64,000 nucleotides of DNA, taken from positions 868,001 to 932,000 of the forward strand of contig MU058289.1 in assembly GCA_013265495.1 (NCBI GenBank). The letters run 5' to 3'. The notes beneath the pieces are model-generated. The model was given only the letters and a program-made list of their open reading frames with translations. It was not told the DNA's origin and searched no databases. The position numbers were made by a program, and so were the translations under genes. The DNA comes from Vicugna vicugna. Taxonomy: Eukaryota. How positions within the stretch are numbered: the stretch's first letter is position 1; every line of letters starts with the position of its first letter. Below are positions 19,701 through 32,094 of the stretch, in pieces.

Positions 19701-22700
19701 CAGCCTGGGATGTGGGAGCCGGAGAGGAGCTCTGGTGGGGCCGGGGCCTTGCCTTCCCAGATAGAGGCTGAGAAGCCAGGCTGGGGGCCAAGGATATGTG
19801 GTCATAGTGATGCTCCAAGCTCCTACTTCCTGGCAGGATGGGACAGAGACACCCATGGGCAGACAAATGTGGCCTCCTGGGGCTCTGTAGAGCAGCTCCT
19901 GTAGCCTCAGAACTTGGCTTCTTTGGGAGGAAAGTGGGAGCTGGCAGGTGGACCTGTTCTGCCACTTTAGGGGGTGTGGCTGTGGGCATGTCTCTGTCTG
20001 TCTGGCTTCCAGGAGCCAGGTGAGGTGCCAGACGGGGGGGCTTAGGGTCTACAGGTCCCTTGAGATCTGCCCCCGTGCTGCTCTGATGTCATCATCCACC
20101 AGGAGAAGCCGGAAATATTGATTTTTATGATGAAATCTGCTTTTTAAATGTTGATAACTGACTTTTAATTTCCCCAACACCCTGTGGACCAAATGAAATT
20201 TGCCCAAGGTTGGGTGAGGCCCTGGGACCACCACTGTGAGTCCCCATCTCAGGGACTAGGCAGGCTGGGAGGAGGTTCAGCCCCCCTCACACTGTCACTC
20301 TGCTCCAGTCACCACAGCCTCCTTCTATTTCTGGAGCCCTCCAGGCATGTTTCTGCCTCAGGGCCTTTGCAACAGCTGCTCTCTCTGTCTGGGATTCTTT
20401 CCCCACATGTCAACACATAACGGCTCATCCCCTCACCATCTTCAAGTCCTGCCTCAAACGCTGCCTTCTCACCTGGCCTTCCCTGACCTCCCTATTGAAA
20501 ATCACATCCACCTTCTCCCTTTCTAATCCCTTCTGACTTAGCTGTCTTCAAAGTCTATCCTGGGAAACTTCTCTTTGCTTTTTTGATTATCTGCCTCCCC
20601 TGCTGGCACATCAGCTCCTCAGGATTTTCATCTGAATTATATATAGAACGATGCCTGGCACGTAGTGATTCTCAGGAAGTATTTCATAAATAATGAGAGA
20701 AAGATGCTCCTGTCTCTCCCCTCCTCATCACAGAGGCCTGGCCCGAGATGAGGATGAGCTGCTAATGAGACAGGTGGGCAAAGGGGGCCACATTGGCTGA
20801 CGGCCTGGACCAGTTTCCTCTTCACTGGGGAGGGGCTTGGGCTGATGGCTAGGAGTCCTGAGTGGGAGTGGGAATTGCAGGGAAGCAAGAGAGGGAACTG
20901 GGGGCTCAAGGGGGGAACCCTGTAGCCTCCTCCCAGCCTGTCAGTCCCTAAGACAAGGATCTCAAACTGGCAGCCCCAGGGCCGACCCAACTATGGTGCA
21001 TGTTTCTTTTAGTTCAAAGACTGTTGCAAAAATTAACAGTTGCGGACATTTAAACATCGCGATGTTTCAACATAACAAGATGCATGTCCAGCTTCTTGTG
21101 GAAGACCTGGTATACTAGGCCACATACCCCCTTGGCATTAGTTGTTAAAAGGGTAGGTCTGTCTCCTTGGGGGTGACCCAGGCCCTGTCTTCCCCTGGTT
21201 GGAGGCTTCATAGGCAGGCGGGCGGGCGGGCGAGAGGCAGAGGGAGACCCACAGTTGCTATGCCCCCAAGCTTGTTCTTGTCACCTCCCATCTCAGACCC
21301 ACCCTCCGTCTACGAGGCCACCTTTACAGCACGGACTCAGGACACTTGTAGTTGGAGAGATTTATCGGGAAAGATCCCCAGGACTGATTCCGACTCTGCC
21401 CGCAGTCAAGGGAAAAGGCCCAATTACAAAAACCTTGGTCATATTTATATGACTCCCTCCAGCCCAGAAAAGGCTTTGATGGCCAACCAACAACAGAAAA
21501 GACGAAGTTTTGTGAAATGCTTGCACACAGGGGGCAGGAAAAGACTTCTGAGATGCAAGACCTCAAAAAAATTATAAAATATAGCAGGAGATACAGAGGT
21601 AAAGCGAATGAGGCACTATATTAAGACCTGGTGAAGCTTTCGGAAGGGTATTTGGGTTCATTGCACTGTTTACGCAACTTTTCTGTAGTTAAAAACAGTT
21701 CAAAATCAAAGTTGGGGGAAAATCAATAAAAATTTTTACGGTAAAGTTTACATAAAATAATAAAACACCAGTTAAAAAACAACAGCAAAAGAATGGAGGA
21801 AAAAGGAAATCCAGGATTGGGTAACCTAAAAGTTAAATAACCCGAATTTCAATGGACTTTGGATGTCATATATTTATGTATCTAATCTATATTAAATATT
21901 ATAAACTTTTTTTTCCCCATTTAGTTTGTTTTCTTTTTGCCCTCCCACAATGCCTTTCTTTTCCTTCTCTCGGATCAGTTCCCAGTCCCTGAGTCCTTGG
22001 TACCCTGCTCTGCCCCTCCCCAGCTGTGGGTGCCTTACCCTCCCCTGGCTGCCCAGCCCTGGCCTGGTGGGGGACCCTGGGGCTCTGAGGCTGACGCTTG
22101 GGCTGGCAAGCTCCTGCCAGGCTGCAGAGGTAGGGAGATGAGTCTGCAGTTCTAAGAGCTTGGCTGGCGCCCATGGCCATGGGGAGGCACTGGCCCAGCA
22201 GCCTGCTGGCAGCCGGGGCCTCTGACATCTCAGCTTTCCCATCCCCCTTCCCTCTGCACCTTGGCATCCAAGAAGGGGGTGCTGAGTGCCAGCTCCACAC
22301 CCTTGTACATCCCTGAGTCACTTACCGCCTCTTGCTAACTGCCTCTCTGAATTGTTCAACTAACGATCCTGCGGCACGTGTGGCTGCAGGACTAACCACT
22401 CGCTAGGCAGGCAACATTCTCCCAGTGGAAACTGCAGCACAGAGGGGCTCTGTCACCTCCCCACAAGTCGCTCGGTTTAATTAAGGGCCAAAGTTGGGAT
22501 TCCAAGGCAGGTTGTCTGACTCCACACCCCATGGAGGGAGAGGAAGAGAGGCTGGGGTGAGGAATAACAAAAGGACAAAGGGCCTCACATAACTTTGAGG
22601 ATCCCAAGAACAGACAGGAGGTTAGAAGAGGGAATTAGACCCCATAGAATGTTTCCAGAGCCAACCGTTTCCTGCTCTCCACTGCCCCCACCCCAGCCCA

Positions 22701-23494
22701 GCCTTCATCGTCTCCCTCCTGGACCATCACCTTCTTGATGAGGCTTTTCTTGGCTACTCGATTTAAAATCACACAGCCTCCTCCCTGGTCTCCCTGCTTC
22801 CGTTCCAGCCCCCTTACAGTCTGCTCCTCACATACAGACAGAAGGAGCCTGTGAACCCTTAAGTTGGATCAGGATCCTCCTGGCTCAGTGACTTCGTCTG
22901 GCTGCCCCTCACTCCCAATAAAAGCCAAAGTCCTCACCATGACCCACAACCTATAAATCACTCCCCTATCTGGTTCCCTGTCACCTCTCTGACCTCATCT
23001 CCCCACCTCAACCCCTCACTTGCTCACTCAGCTCCAGCCACACTGGTCTCCTTGCTGTTCCTCCAACCCACCAGCCCCAGGACCTTTGCACTTGCCGTTA
23101 CTACTATTGGACTCACTCTTCTCATAGATGTCACATTGCTAATCTCCCTCATCTCCTTTCTTCAGGGATTTTCTTGAACATCACCTTCTTGATGAGGCTT
23201 TACTTGGCCACTTGATTTAAAACCACATCTTCCATCTGGAAAAGGCCCTATCCCACCCTGTTCTTTTTTTTTTTTTTCTGTAGCACTAGCACATATGACC
23301 TCCTGACATACTGTATAATTATATGCTTATTGGTTATATTTATTCTCTCTGCTCCCTTCCCCCATAATGTCAGCTGTGGGAGGAAGAGACCCTGGCTGTT
23401 CCATTCCCTCTGTGTCCCAGCAGTGAGCACAAAGTCTGGCACACAGTAGGTGCTCGGGTAATATGTGTTGAGTGAATGAATGAAAACCATGCTT

Positions 23495-23945
23495 CTTGTA
23501 ATAACCTATAATGAAAAAGAATATACCTATATGTATGTATGACTGAATCACTGTGCTATACACGAGAAACTAACACAGCATGGTAAATCAACTACATTTC
23601 AAAATAAAAGAAAAGGAAAGAAAAGAAATAAAGACCATTCTTTTTTTGGTGGTCTTTTAATTTTAATTTTTATTGAAGCGTAGTTGATTTACAATGTTAG
23701 TTTCAGTTATAAAGCAAAGCGATTCAGCTATACATATACATACATACATATAACTACATATATTTTCAGATTCTTTTCTATCACAGCTTATTATAAGAAA
23801 CTGAATGTAGTTCCCTGAGTAGTGGGTCCTTGTTGCTTATTTTATATACAGTAGTGTGTATCTGTTAATTCCAAACTCCTAATTTATCCCTACCCCCCAC
23901 TTTCCCCTTTGGTAACCATGGTTTGTTTTCTATGTCCGTGAGTCT
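23495..23945. mobile_element. Two tail-to-tail LINE-1 3' end fragments (+ about 23495-23630, - about 23640-23945)
   Basis: L1 3' UTR-like text 'aacctataatgaaaaagaatata...actgtgctatacacgagaaactaacacagcatggtaaatcaactac' plus A-rich tail, and the reverse-complement equivalent 'ttgatttacaatgttagtttcag...ccctttggtaaccat'. Confidence 0.7.
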
Positions 23946-25099
23946 AAAGAAAACCATTCCTGAGAGCCGTTATATCCAGGCCCCATACAGATAAATCAGG
24001 TATCCCACATTCCTTAAGTAGATCATACTTTGTGGGCACACAGGCCAACAGATGGAGAGGGAAGGAACTCAGAACCAGAAAACCTAGGTTCAAATCCTAG
24101 CTCCACCTCTTTCTCACTGTGTGATCTCAGGCAAGCAAGTCTTTCTGCCTGGGTCTCAGTTTCCCCATCCATACAATGGGGATAAGAATGGTTTTCACCC
24201 TGCAGGGCTGCCCTTTGGATTCAATGGGGTTGTTGTGTGGGATGCTATCAGCATGACTAATTCTGAAAGCTGGTTTCCTTCCTGGAAGGGGATGGGGTGG
24301 GAGGGGCACCGCTGTGTGTTTTCCAACAGCCAACAATGGAACTCTTGTAGGCAGAGGCCCTCAGGCGTGGAAAACACATCCACCCCTGTGGGTTTCAGAC
24401 AAAAGTGGCAGGTCTCAGGAGGGAGGTTTTCCAGGACATTCACCTTCTTTGACGGTTGCTGCAACAAGAAGTACTGGTTTGGGAATGCCAGCCCACTGGA
24501 GTGGGCTCCCATTTGAGGCTTTTCCCTGCAATAAGCAGCTGTGAAGGTTGAAGGGAATCTCTCCTACCTACAGCTCCCGAGGCTAGGACCAGACAGGCTG
24601 AAGACAATCACTGGGCTGCAATGATTGGTTCAATGGGGTCCAATCGAAGTGAAGTATGGGAAGTTTGTTTAGTAGTTGAGGGAAGGAAAGATTTGGGTTT
24701 TGCTTTGGACAGTGGAGAGAACACACCTGAGGCCTGGAAGTTGTAATCATTTTGCCTCCACAAGAAAAGCCAGCGTGGGGACAAAGCTAACACTATAGAA
24801 GACCACAAACCAAGAGAAATGCTGACAGAGTCTGCAGCCTGATCAAGCCATGCTTGATCTCCTGCTGGAATTTGCAGTTAAATAATCTAAAATGTTTACT
24901 TGTTTGAGTTACTTTTAATAAGGTTTCCTGTTATTTGTAAATTAGAACAACCAAACTGGCATACAGAAAAATTCCATGGGCCCCAAACCACTGCACTTTC
25001 ACTAGAATATATGTCCCATGATTTTTACTTGGTTTGAGCCAAAGCATTTCTTTTAGCTTCAGCCCATTCAGGCTTCTCTAAGGGACAATGAGTGCTTAC

Positions 25100-25405
25100 C
25101 TTGGCCAGGTCCAATGTTCTTGCTCTGTAAACAAATCTGGGTCCCATTCACTTAAATAGAAATCTTTGAAATGGACCTGTTCTTCTTTCCAACTTCCACC
25201 TTGAAAAAAGGCAATGAGCCAGAGGAGCCACAGGACCTGGCAAAGACAGAAGCACACGTGCCTCGAAACTCAGCCGTCCTCCCGTTGAAGGTGATGATGT
25301 GTGAGTGCTCAGAAGCCTGGCAGGTCCTGGGGAGAGCAGGTGGCACCCGAAGACCTCTCACGGGGCCCCACATTCCTACCTGGGCCCGCCGGAGTAGGGC
25401 GAGGT
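25100..25405 (-). pseudogene. TECTA-like exon 12 (5'-truncated; VWD3 N-half)
   Basis: TCQASEHSHIITFNGRTAEFRGTCASVFARSCGSSGSLPFFKVEVGKKNRSISKISI*VNGTQICL...|gtaagc. TAA at 25152-25154. Confidence 0.8.
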
Positions 25406-25410
25406 AACGT

Positions 25411-25515
25411 AATGGTGTTAATGACTCTGGTGACGTTGATGTTGGTGATGATGATGGTGATGACGGTGATGGTGATGATGATGGTGATGAGGATGGCGAT
25501 GGTGATGGTGAGGAA
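25411..25515. repeat. (GAT/GGT)n simple repeat
   Basis: gttggtgatgatgatggtgatgacggtgatggtgatg..., read directly. Confidence 0.85.
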
Positions 25516-25902
25516 TGAGATGTTTAAATTAGTTCACATGTAAATTTAAGGGGAACATGCACTGGACATTTCAGGACTGAAGTTTCCATGAGGGGGAGGA
25601 TTTCCTGCCTCCCTTTGGGCAGGCGGTCGAGTGGAGTACCTAAAATCAAGGACTTTGGCACCAGGCTGCCTGGTTCCAATCCCTGTTCTGTCATTTTCTA
25701 CTGTGAGAACTTGGGCAGATATTTACCTTCTGTGCCTCAGTTTCCCCATCCATAAATGGGCATAATAGTAGTTCCCGGTACTAAGGACACCGCCTGTTTG
25801 CTATTAGTGGCCTCTGTTTCAGCCTTGTCTGTTGGCCCGCTGTTTGCCCCAGCCCAGCCTCTCCCCCAACCCAGGCCTCCCTGGTCCATTGTGGCCACTC
25901 AC

Positions 25903-26188
25903 CCAGGCTGGCTTTCCTGGGTCTGCCAGACATTGCCAAAGTCAGCATCGCTGGGGGCGAGCACCCCGCGGGGGACACCTTGTCATCACCAGGGTCACCA
26001 CTGAAGTTGCCACTGAGGCCACAGAGGCGGCCCCAGTATTCGGGCCCCACCTGCGGGAATAGAGTGTTGTGGCTGTTGAACCACACCTGGAGCCGGGTGC
26101 CCACCTGGAGCATCACCAGGCCCTGCCCCCACCACACGTGGGCCTCAGGGCCCAGCTGCACCAGGAGGCTCACCACCTGGCCGTCAAC
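25903..26188 (-). pseudogene. TECTA-like exon 11 (VWD2 C-half)
   Basis: VDGQVVSLLVQLG...LQVWFNSHNTLFPQVGPEYWGRLCGLSGNFSGDPGDD, then a shift, then LAPSDADFGNVWQTQESQPG|gtgagt. Confidence 0.85.
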
Positions 26189-26824
26189 CTAGGGGTGAGG
26201 GGCGCTCAGGGTCTGACTCCTCTTGCTACCCTCAGTCCCTGCCCAATGCCACAGGTAAGGGAGGGAGCACTAGGGGGCATCTGCAACTCCACACGTCCAA
26301 ATCCTGGCTCCCATCATACCCCAAACCCTGCCCCCACCTTCTCCATCTCAGGCAGGGGCAGCTCCATCCTTCACGATGGAAGTCATCCTGGGACTTGCCC
26401 TTTCTCTCTCCTCTGATCCTTTCCAAATATTTCAGAATCCCACCATTTCTCCCTGCCTTCTACTGCCCTCTCCCTGATTCCAACCATAGTCACTTCCCAC
26501 CTGGACTATCACATCAGCCTTCTCTCTGTTCTCTCTGCTCCTCTGATGCCCCTCACAGCCTCCACATGAAGCCAGAGGGAAATTCACCCCACTTACAATT
26601 ATAACCCCCACCCCATACACACAGGTACTCCCAGTCTTCCTTTCATGTTTTATCTTTCTAGGACTTATTATTATCTGATATATTATATGTTTATGTTTTA
26701 CTGTCTCCCACTGTTATAAAGTGAAGTCCAGGAGAAAAGGGACCTGTCTGTTTTATTCTCTGCTGTGTCTCCAGAGCCTAGAACAGGGTCTGACTCAAAG
26801 TCAATGTACAGTTTTGCTGAACGG

Positions 26825-27065
26825 ATGAACGATGATGGATGGATGGATGGATGGAGGGAGGGAGGCATAGATGAGTCAATGGTGTGCTATCTTGTTGGAG
26901 ATGGTTTGATGCAGGGGGCTTCAATGAAGGGAGGAACTGATGGAGGGGTAGATCAGTGGAGGAGCGGAAGGATGGAGAAGATAGAGGGAGGGATGGAACA
27001 ATGAAGAGATGGAGAGGTAGATGGATGGACTGAGGATGATCGTATGGAAGATGGATGGATGACAG
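26825..27065. repeat. (GGAT)n / purine-rich low-complexity tract
   Basis: gatggatggatggatggatggagggagggagg...gatggatggat. Confidence 0.7.
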
Positions 27066-27140
27066 CTTGAATGCATGAGGGTAGGATGAGGGGTTGGCCT
27101 GGCTGGGCTGACCGTGAGGCTTACCCTTCTGCCCTCTCAC

Positions 27141-27439
27141 CTGAACTTGCTGCCCTCATTCCAGTATCACACAGGCCTTCAGTCCCAGGTTGTTGAGCCC
27201 CACCTCCACGTGGTACAGGAAGCACATGTGCTGGCTGCGGAAGTTTCTGTTGGAAGCCTCCAGGCTGAAGGAAGAGCCCCCAGGGTTGGGATCTGGCCCA
27301 CAGGAATGGGCCAGATGGTAGGTGCCGGTGACTTGGAAGCCTCTCCAACAGGGCACCGAGCCGGGCTGTAGCGGAAATGCCCTGGTCTGTTGCACCTGCA
27401 GCAGTGGGTGCCTGGGCTCAGCCAGACCAGGTTTCCCAC
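27141..27439 (-). pseudogene. TECTA-like exon 10 (TILa + VWD2 N-half), internal deletion and stop
   Basis: VGNLVWLSPGTHCCRCNRPGHFRYSPARCPVGEA, then a shift, then FQVTGTYHLAHSCG...FSLEASNRN...VEVGLN...LE*GQQVQ|gtgaga. TGA at 27156-27158. Confidence 0.7.
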
Positions 27440-28801
27440 CTAGAGAGGGAGGCCAGATGAGGCACCCCTGCCCAGGCTGGCCGACCAGAACAGAGCATGG
27501 CGGAGGCCTGGGGCAGGCAGAAGTATGGGCCTGGCTGGAAAGAGCAGAGGTCGACGGGCTGGCTCAGCGAGGACTGGCATGAAGGCCATGTTCAGAGTCA
27601 CCAATAGGTGCACTTAATGCTGATGCCCAGAGGGCAGCAACTGTGAAACCCCTGTCCCTTGGCAGAGAGCACAGCCCAGCAGTTCAGAGCACAATTGGGG
27701 GTCAGAGAGACCTGGAGTCCAGACCTGGCTCTGCCCCTTGACTGCTCCATGCACTGGGCAGTCTTGGCTTCCTCCTCTGCACAATAGACTCACACTGTTT
27801 GAAGGTCAGTGCAATCGTGGGCAGGAGGCGCTTAGCACCCAGCTGGCCCACAGTGAGCTGTTGACACACTTTAGCTAATATTGCTATTAATAACCTACTG
27901 GCTCAGTGCTTGGTACAGAATGAGGTCTCAGAAAATACGACAAATTATGATGACAGGATTACACATGTCATAACTGACCAAAACATTTTCACCATTGTTG
28001 TTATTGCATATCATTAAATACTTAGCACAAAAACATAGCAGACTGTACATATTGGCCATTATCATTGTCATCGTCATCATTATTTTAACACACTTATATA
28101 CAGACAGGTACATCGGAAATGCCCCAAATATATTAGCCGTTGTTGTTGCCATTATTATTATTAAAATGCTTAGCCTAGACAGACACAAAGTACATACCCC
28201 AGACATTTCTTTCTTTCTTTTTTTTTCTTAATTTAAGTACAGTCAGATACAATGTATCAATTTCTGGTCCGCAATCCTCCATACATTTTCATTATCACTA
28301 GCAGTAGTAAAAAGGGACCTGACATATACAATCAGAACTCAGATTTGGCCACTAAAATAACACCATCAAAAACAATAAGAAGCAGAGGGTCTTGTACTTG
28401 TTCATGTTAAATAATTTTAGCTCTTGTGATGATTGCTTTTTTATGATTGTTATTGTCATTCTTATTATCAACGTGTTCAGTTGGGGTCTTGAATTTTGTT
28501 AAGCACTCAGCTAGTGGTGGCTAATAAAAACAGTAACACTGACAATACTCATTATCATAATAAGCACGTAGCACACAGCGCTGAGCCCAGGGAATGAGCT
28601 TGCTGAAAATGAGAAGCGGTATCAGAATCATCAGTAATATGGATGTAAATTGTAACATGTAGTAAATTCCCAGTCTGCCATCCACACCAGTTGAGAATGC
28701 TGTCCTGGGTTGGGAGCCCAACCTTGGCATGCTTTGGGGAACCCTGACCCTCAAGGTGGCCCGGCCCCCTTCACAGGAGCAAAGCCCAGACCCCCACTCA
28801 C

Positions 28802-28992
28802 TTGGTAGGAGCGGCCGCCGTGTGCGCAGCCGCACTGCTCCAGACGCACGCACCTGGCCGGAGCGCATCTTCGCAGGCACAGCAGGGCCGCTGCTAGGTG
28901 CTGGGCAGGTGCAGGGGGGCAGGGACTCAGAGGCGCACGCGGCAGGGGGTCCAGGCAGAGCTGGGAGCGGCTGTGCTTGGGGCACATCAAAG
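28802..28992 (-). pseudogene. TECTA-like exon 9 (TIL domain)
   Basis: LMCPKHSRSQLC...(PAAC...PPCTC in a shifted frame)...CVRLEQCGCAHGGRSYQ|gtgagt. Confidence 0.8.
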
Positions 28993-30217
28993 CTGAGAGG
29001 GAGGGGAAAACACAGAGATAAGGAGACCTGAGATCTGCACATCTGGTGCCCCAGTGCTTCAAATTTTGGCTCTGTCACTGACCCATGGTCCTGTGGTTTC
29101 ACCTCTCTAGGGCTCAGTCTCCCCATCTCTAAAATGGGCTCTTTAGTACTGGCCTCAGACTTGTTTTGAGGATTAAGCAAGTTAAATTAAAGTGTTTGGG
29201 ACCATGCCTGGCACATCATGATCCCACAATAAAGGTGACCCATTGTTATTCTAGAAACAGCCCCTGGCCTATCTTTCCCTCTCCATGAGCACTGTCTCTC
29301 CTCCCCCTGCACCCTCATTCCAAAGCTTTTGAGGTCTCTCTACTGCGTGGGTACCAGAGAGTCACATCCAGTTCTAACATCACAGGAGCAGAGCCCCCTG
29401 TCTGTTAGAGAATCATGCTGAAGTATTTACAGGCTCACAGGATGTCTGGGACTTGCTTTACAAAAAGTGAATAAATAAGGTGAGGACTAGGGTGTATAAA
29501 ACAAGGTTGGCCACAACTTGGCCACTGTTAAGCTGCTTGATGGGTACAGGAGCCTCCATACTAGTCCCTCTACTTTTATGTTTGAAAATTTCTATAATAT
29601 AGAATTAAATAAGAAACAAAGAGTTGAAGGATGTTGCTGTAATAGAACTTCTTCCACGCCTAGAAAAAGAAAGTCTCGGGTTCAAGTCTCAACAACATCC
29701 TTTATTAGTGTGGACAAATAAACTTACCTCTATGAGCCTCAGTTTTCCCAGCTGTAAAATGGGAGTAAGAAAAAGTCACTGCCTCTCACTCACAGGGTGT
29801 TTCCAAGGAGGGGACAGTCCCATGCTTGGGGCGGTGCAGATGCTCAGGAAGTATTAGCAATTATTGGGATTATTATCTTGACATTTCTGGGAATTAGTAG
29901 GTGGGCATCTCAAGTCAGGCTCTCTGAGGGTGGAAAAAGACACCCAGTCCACCTGACAAGGAGGCAGGGAGTAGCACAAGGAATCACACAGTCAGCTCAA
30001 AGCTGGTATTAGAATATACAGCAATCACTAGAAATGCTCCAAAGAGCATGCAACCAGCTGGAGCCTGGGAGGAGTCTGGAAGCCCCTGCCATCCCAGATT
30101 TTGGAATGTGGGAAGTTGGGGGCTCTCAGGAGTACAGCAGAGTATCGGTCTGGTAACAGTGGACATGGCCATCTAGAGCATGTGGATGAGTTCCTGCCCT
30201 GCTCAACCATGACTCAC

Positions 30218-30637
30218 CACAGAAGGAGGAATTCCTCCAGGGTTCAGTAGTGACAGTCACACCCTGGCAGACTGTGGCGTTCACCTGCCAGGTCAAGCAG
30301 AGGATAGGGGTCACTGCCCCCAGCAAGACACAGATCATTGACACAGCTGGATGCATATGGATCTGGGTTGATTTCCCTGTGGCAAGAGGCAAAGGGCTCC
30401 TGGGGTCCTGCAGAAGCCAGCACCACCTCCTGGCTGACACCAACCGCCCCTCATCACTGCAGACTGGACAGGCAACCTTGCGGTCATCCCTAAGGTAGTG
30501 CAGGCCTTAGCATCATCACTGGGGGCGCTGCTGAAGTTGCCACGGAGCCCACAGGTGTGACCCTCATTGGGGTGCAGCAGGGCGAGGGTGCGGCCATAGA
30601 TGAGGTGTGTGCAGCTGGGGAACAGAGGTGTGTTCAC
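30218..30637 (-). pseudogene. TECTA-like exon 8 (VWD1 C-half + C8), several frameshifts
   Basis: VNTPL...TCGLRGNFSSAPSDD / CPVCSDE...CWLLQDP / PFASCHREINPDPYASSCVNDLCLAGG / LCLTWQVNATVCQGVTVTTEPWRNSSFC, spread over three frames. cag acceptor and gtgagt donor. Confidence 0.85.
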
Positions 30638-31144
30638 CTGAGGAACAGAGGAGAGGAAGGTTCAGAACAGGACCATGTTTTTCAGTTCAGTGTTGCTTGG
30701 CACATAGTAGGTGTTCAGATACATGTAAAGTCTTTTTAAAGGGAGGGCCAAAGACAGAACATTCACAGTGAACATTTCTTGTTTTATCCTGCTCAGAATT
30801 TTTTCCTCCTTTCTCTGGATTTCCTGGAGAAACCGCCCCTTGAATCTCTAATTCACAGGAAGTTAACGCCACTGTAGCTTCCTGCGCTTGACATAGGCCC
30901 AGCCAATCAGCTAGTCCACCTGACTGGGTCAGACACGGTCACGTGACCCAAGCTGGGCCAATGACGGACAGCTCTGGGACTTTCAGGAAGAGGTCCTCTT
31001 TGTCCAGTGTCATTTGCTAAACTGGTATCCATCCTTGTCCTCCCGAGTGGGGGCTGCACATGCCTGGAAAGGAAGCCACCATGGAGGAAAGTAGAGCTCA
31101 GAAACCACACCCCACGGGCCAAGCCTGGCCCCCCACCTGATTCT

Positions 31145-31560
31145 GTACAGGCTGCCAGCTAAGAATGTGTGGTATAATAAAAATAAATAAACATTTGGTT
31201 TTTATCTTGGTTCCTGGCACACAGCTCCCCAAACCCCAGAAATTTCTGGCATGGTAAGAATGTCTTTCATAGGGTAATGAAACGGCTGGTGGTAGGGGCA
31301 CCTGGATAGCTTCAGTGTAGGGGCTGGTCACCCCTTGATTAGAAGCTTGGAACTTTCAGCCCCAACTCCCAATCTTCTGGGAAGGGGCAGGGGCTGGAGA
31401 TGAAGTTAATCACTAGCGGCCGATGATTTAATCAATGGTGCCTAAATAGCGAGGCCTCCGTAAAGCCCTTTAAAACAACAGGGCTCAGGGAGCTTCATAT
31501 TTGGTGAATAATATGCTGAGAGCATGGCACACCCCAACTCCACAGTGAGTCCTGTGAGAA
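31145..31560. mobile_element. LTR fragment, MER21-like
   Basis: 'gttcctggcacacagctcc...ttagaagcttggaactttcagcccc...ggggctggagatgaagttaatcac...gatttaatcaat' resembles MER21-type LTRs. Family assigned from memory. Confidence 0.45.
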
Positions 31561-32060
31561 ACATGAATATTTTTTGAGGCATGAAAATAATGTAAAATTC
31601 AAATTTCAGTACCCATAAATAACACTTTAACGTGACTCAGCTCATTTGTCTGTATATTGTCTATTGACTGCTTCTGCGCCACGTCAGGAAAGTGGAAGTC
31701 ATTGTGGAAATGTGTGGCCCAGAAAACCTGAAATATTTATTATCTGGGTCTTTACAGTAAAACTCGTAAGAAATAAAAGATCATTTCAGGTTGAGAAACT
31801 GGGTTTTGTAACAAAGAGGGATGACCCTGTGGGCTGCGTTGTATCCAGTGGACAGACAGGCCTTTCTGCAGAGGAGAGGTTTTAATCAGGAGTCTGATGT
31901 GATCAGATTTATGCTTTTAAAGGCCTCCTGCCAGGTTGCTAGTGACACTGTGGTGATCAAGACAGATCCCATCGTTGAAGACAAACCCCTCACCCCTGTC
32001 TTAGGGGAGGTTTCAAAGATCAGGGGAAAGACAGATATTGGAAGAGAGATTGCAGAGGAG

Positions 32061-32062
<2 letters not shown>

Positions 32063-32092
<30 letters not shown>
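32063..32092. repeat. (GT)15 microsatellite
   Basis: Read directly. Confidence 0.95.

Positions 32093-32094
<2 letters not shown>

Noticed and set aside
24195..24512. Cys-containing minus-strand ORF as a further exon of the TECTA-like gene
   Set aside because: No VWD/C8/TIL/ZP motif or convincing splice sites. It looks like old repeat-derived sequence.
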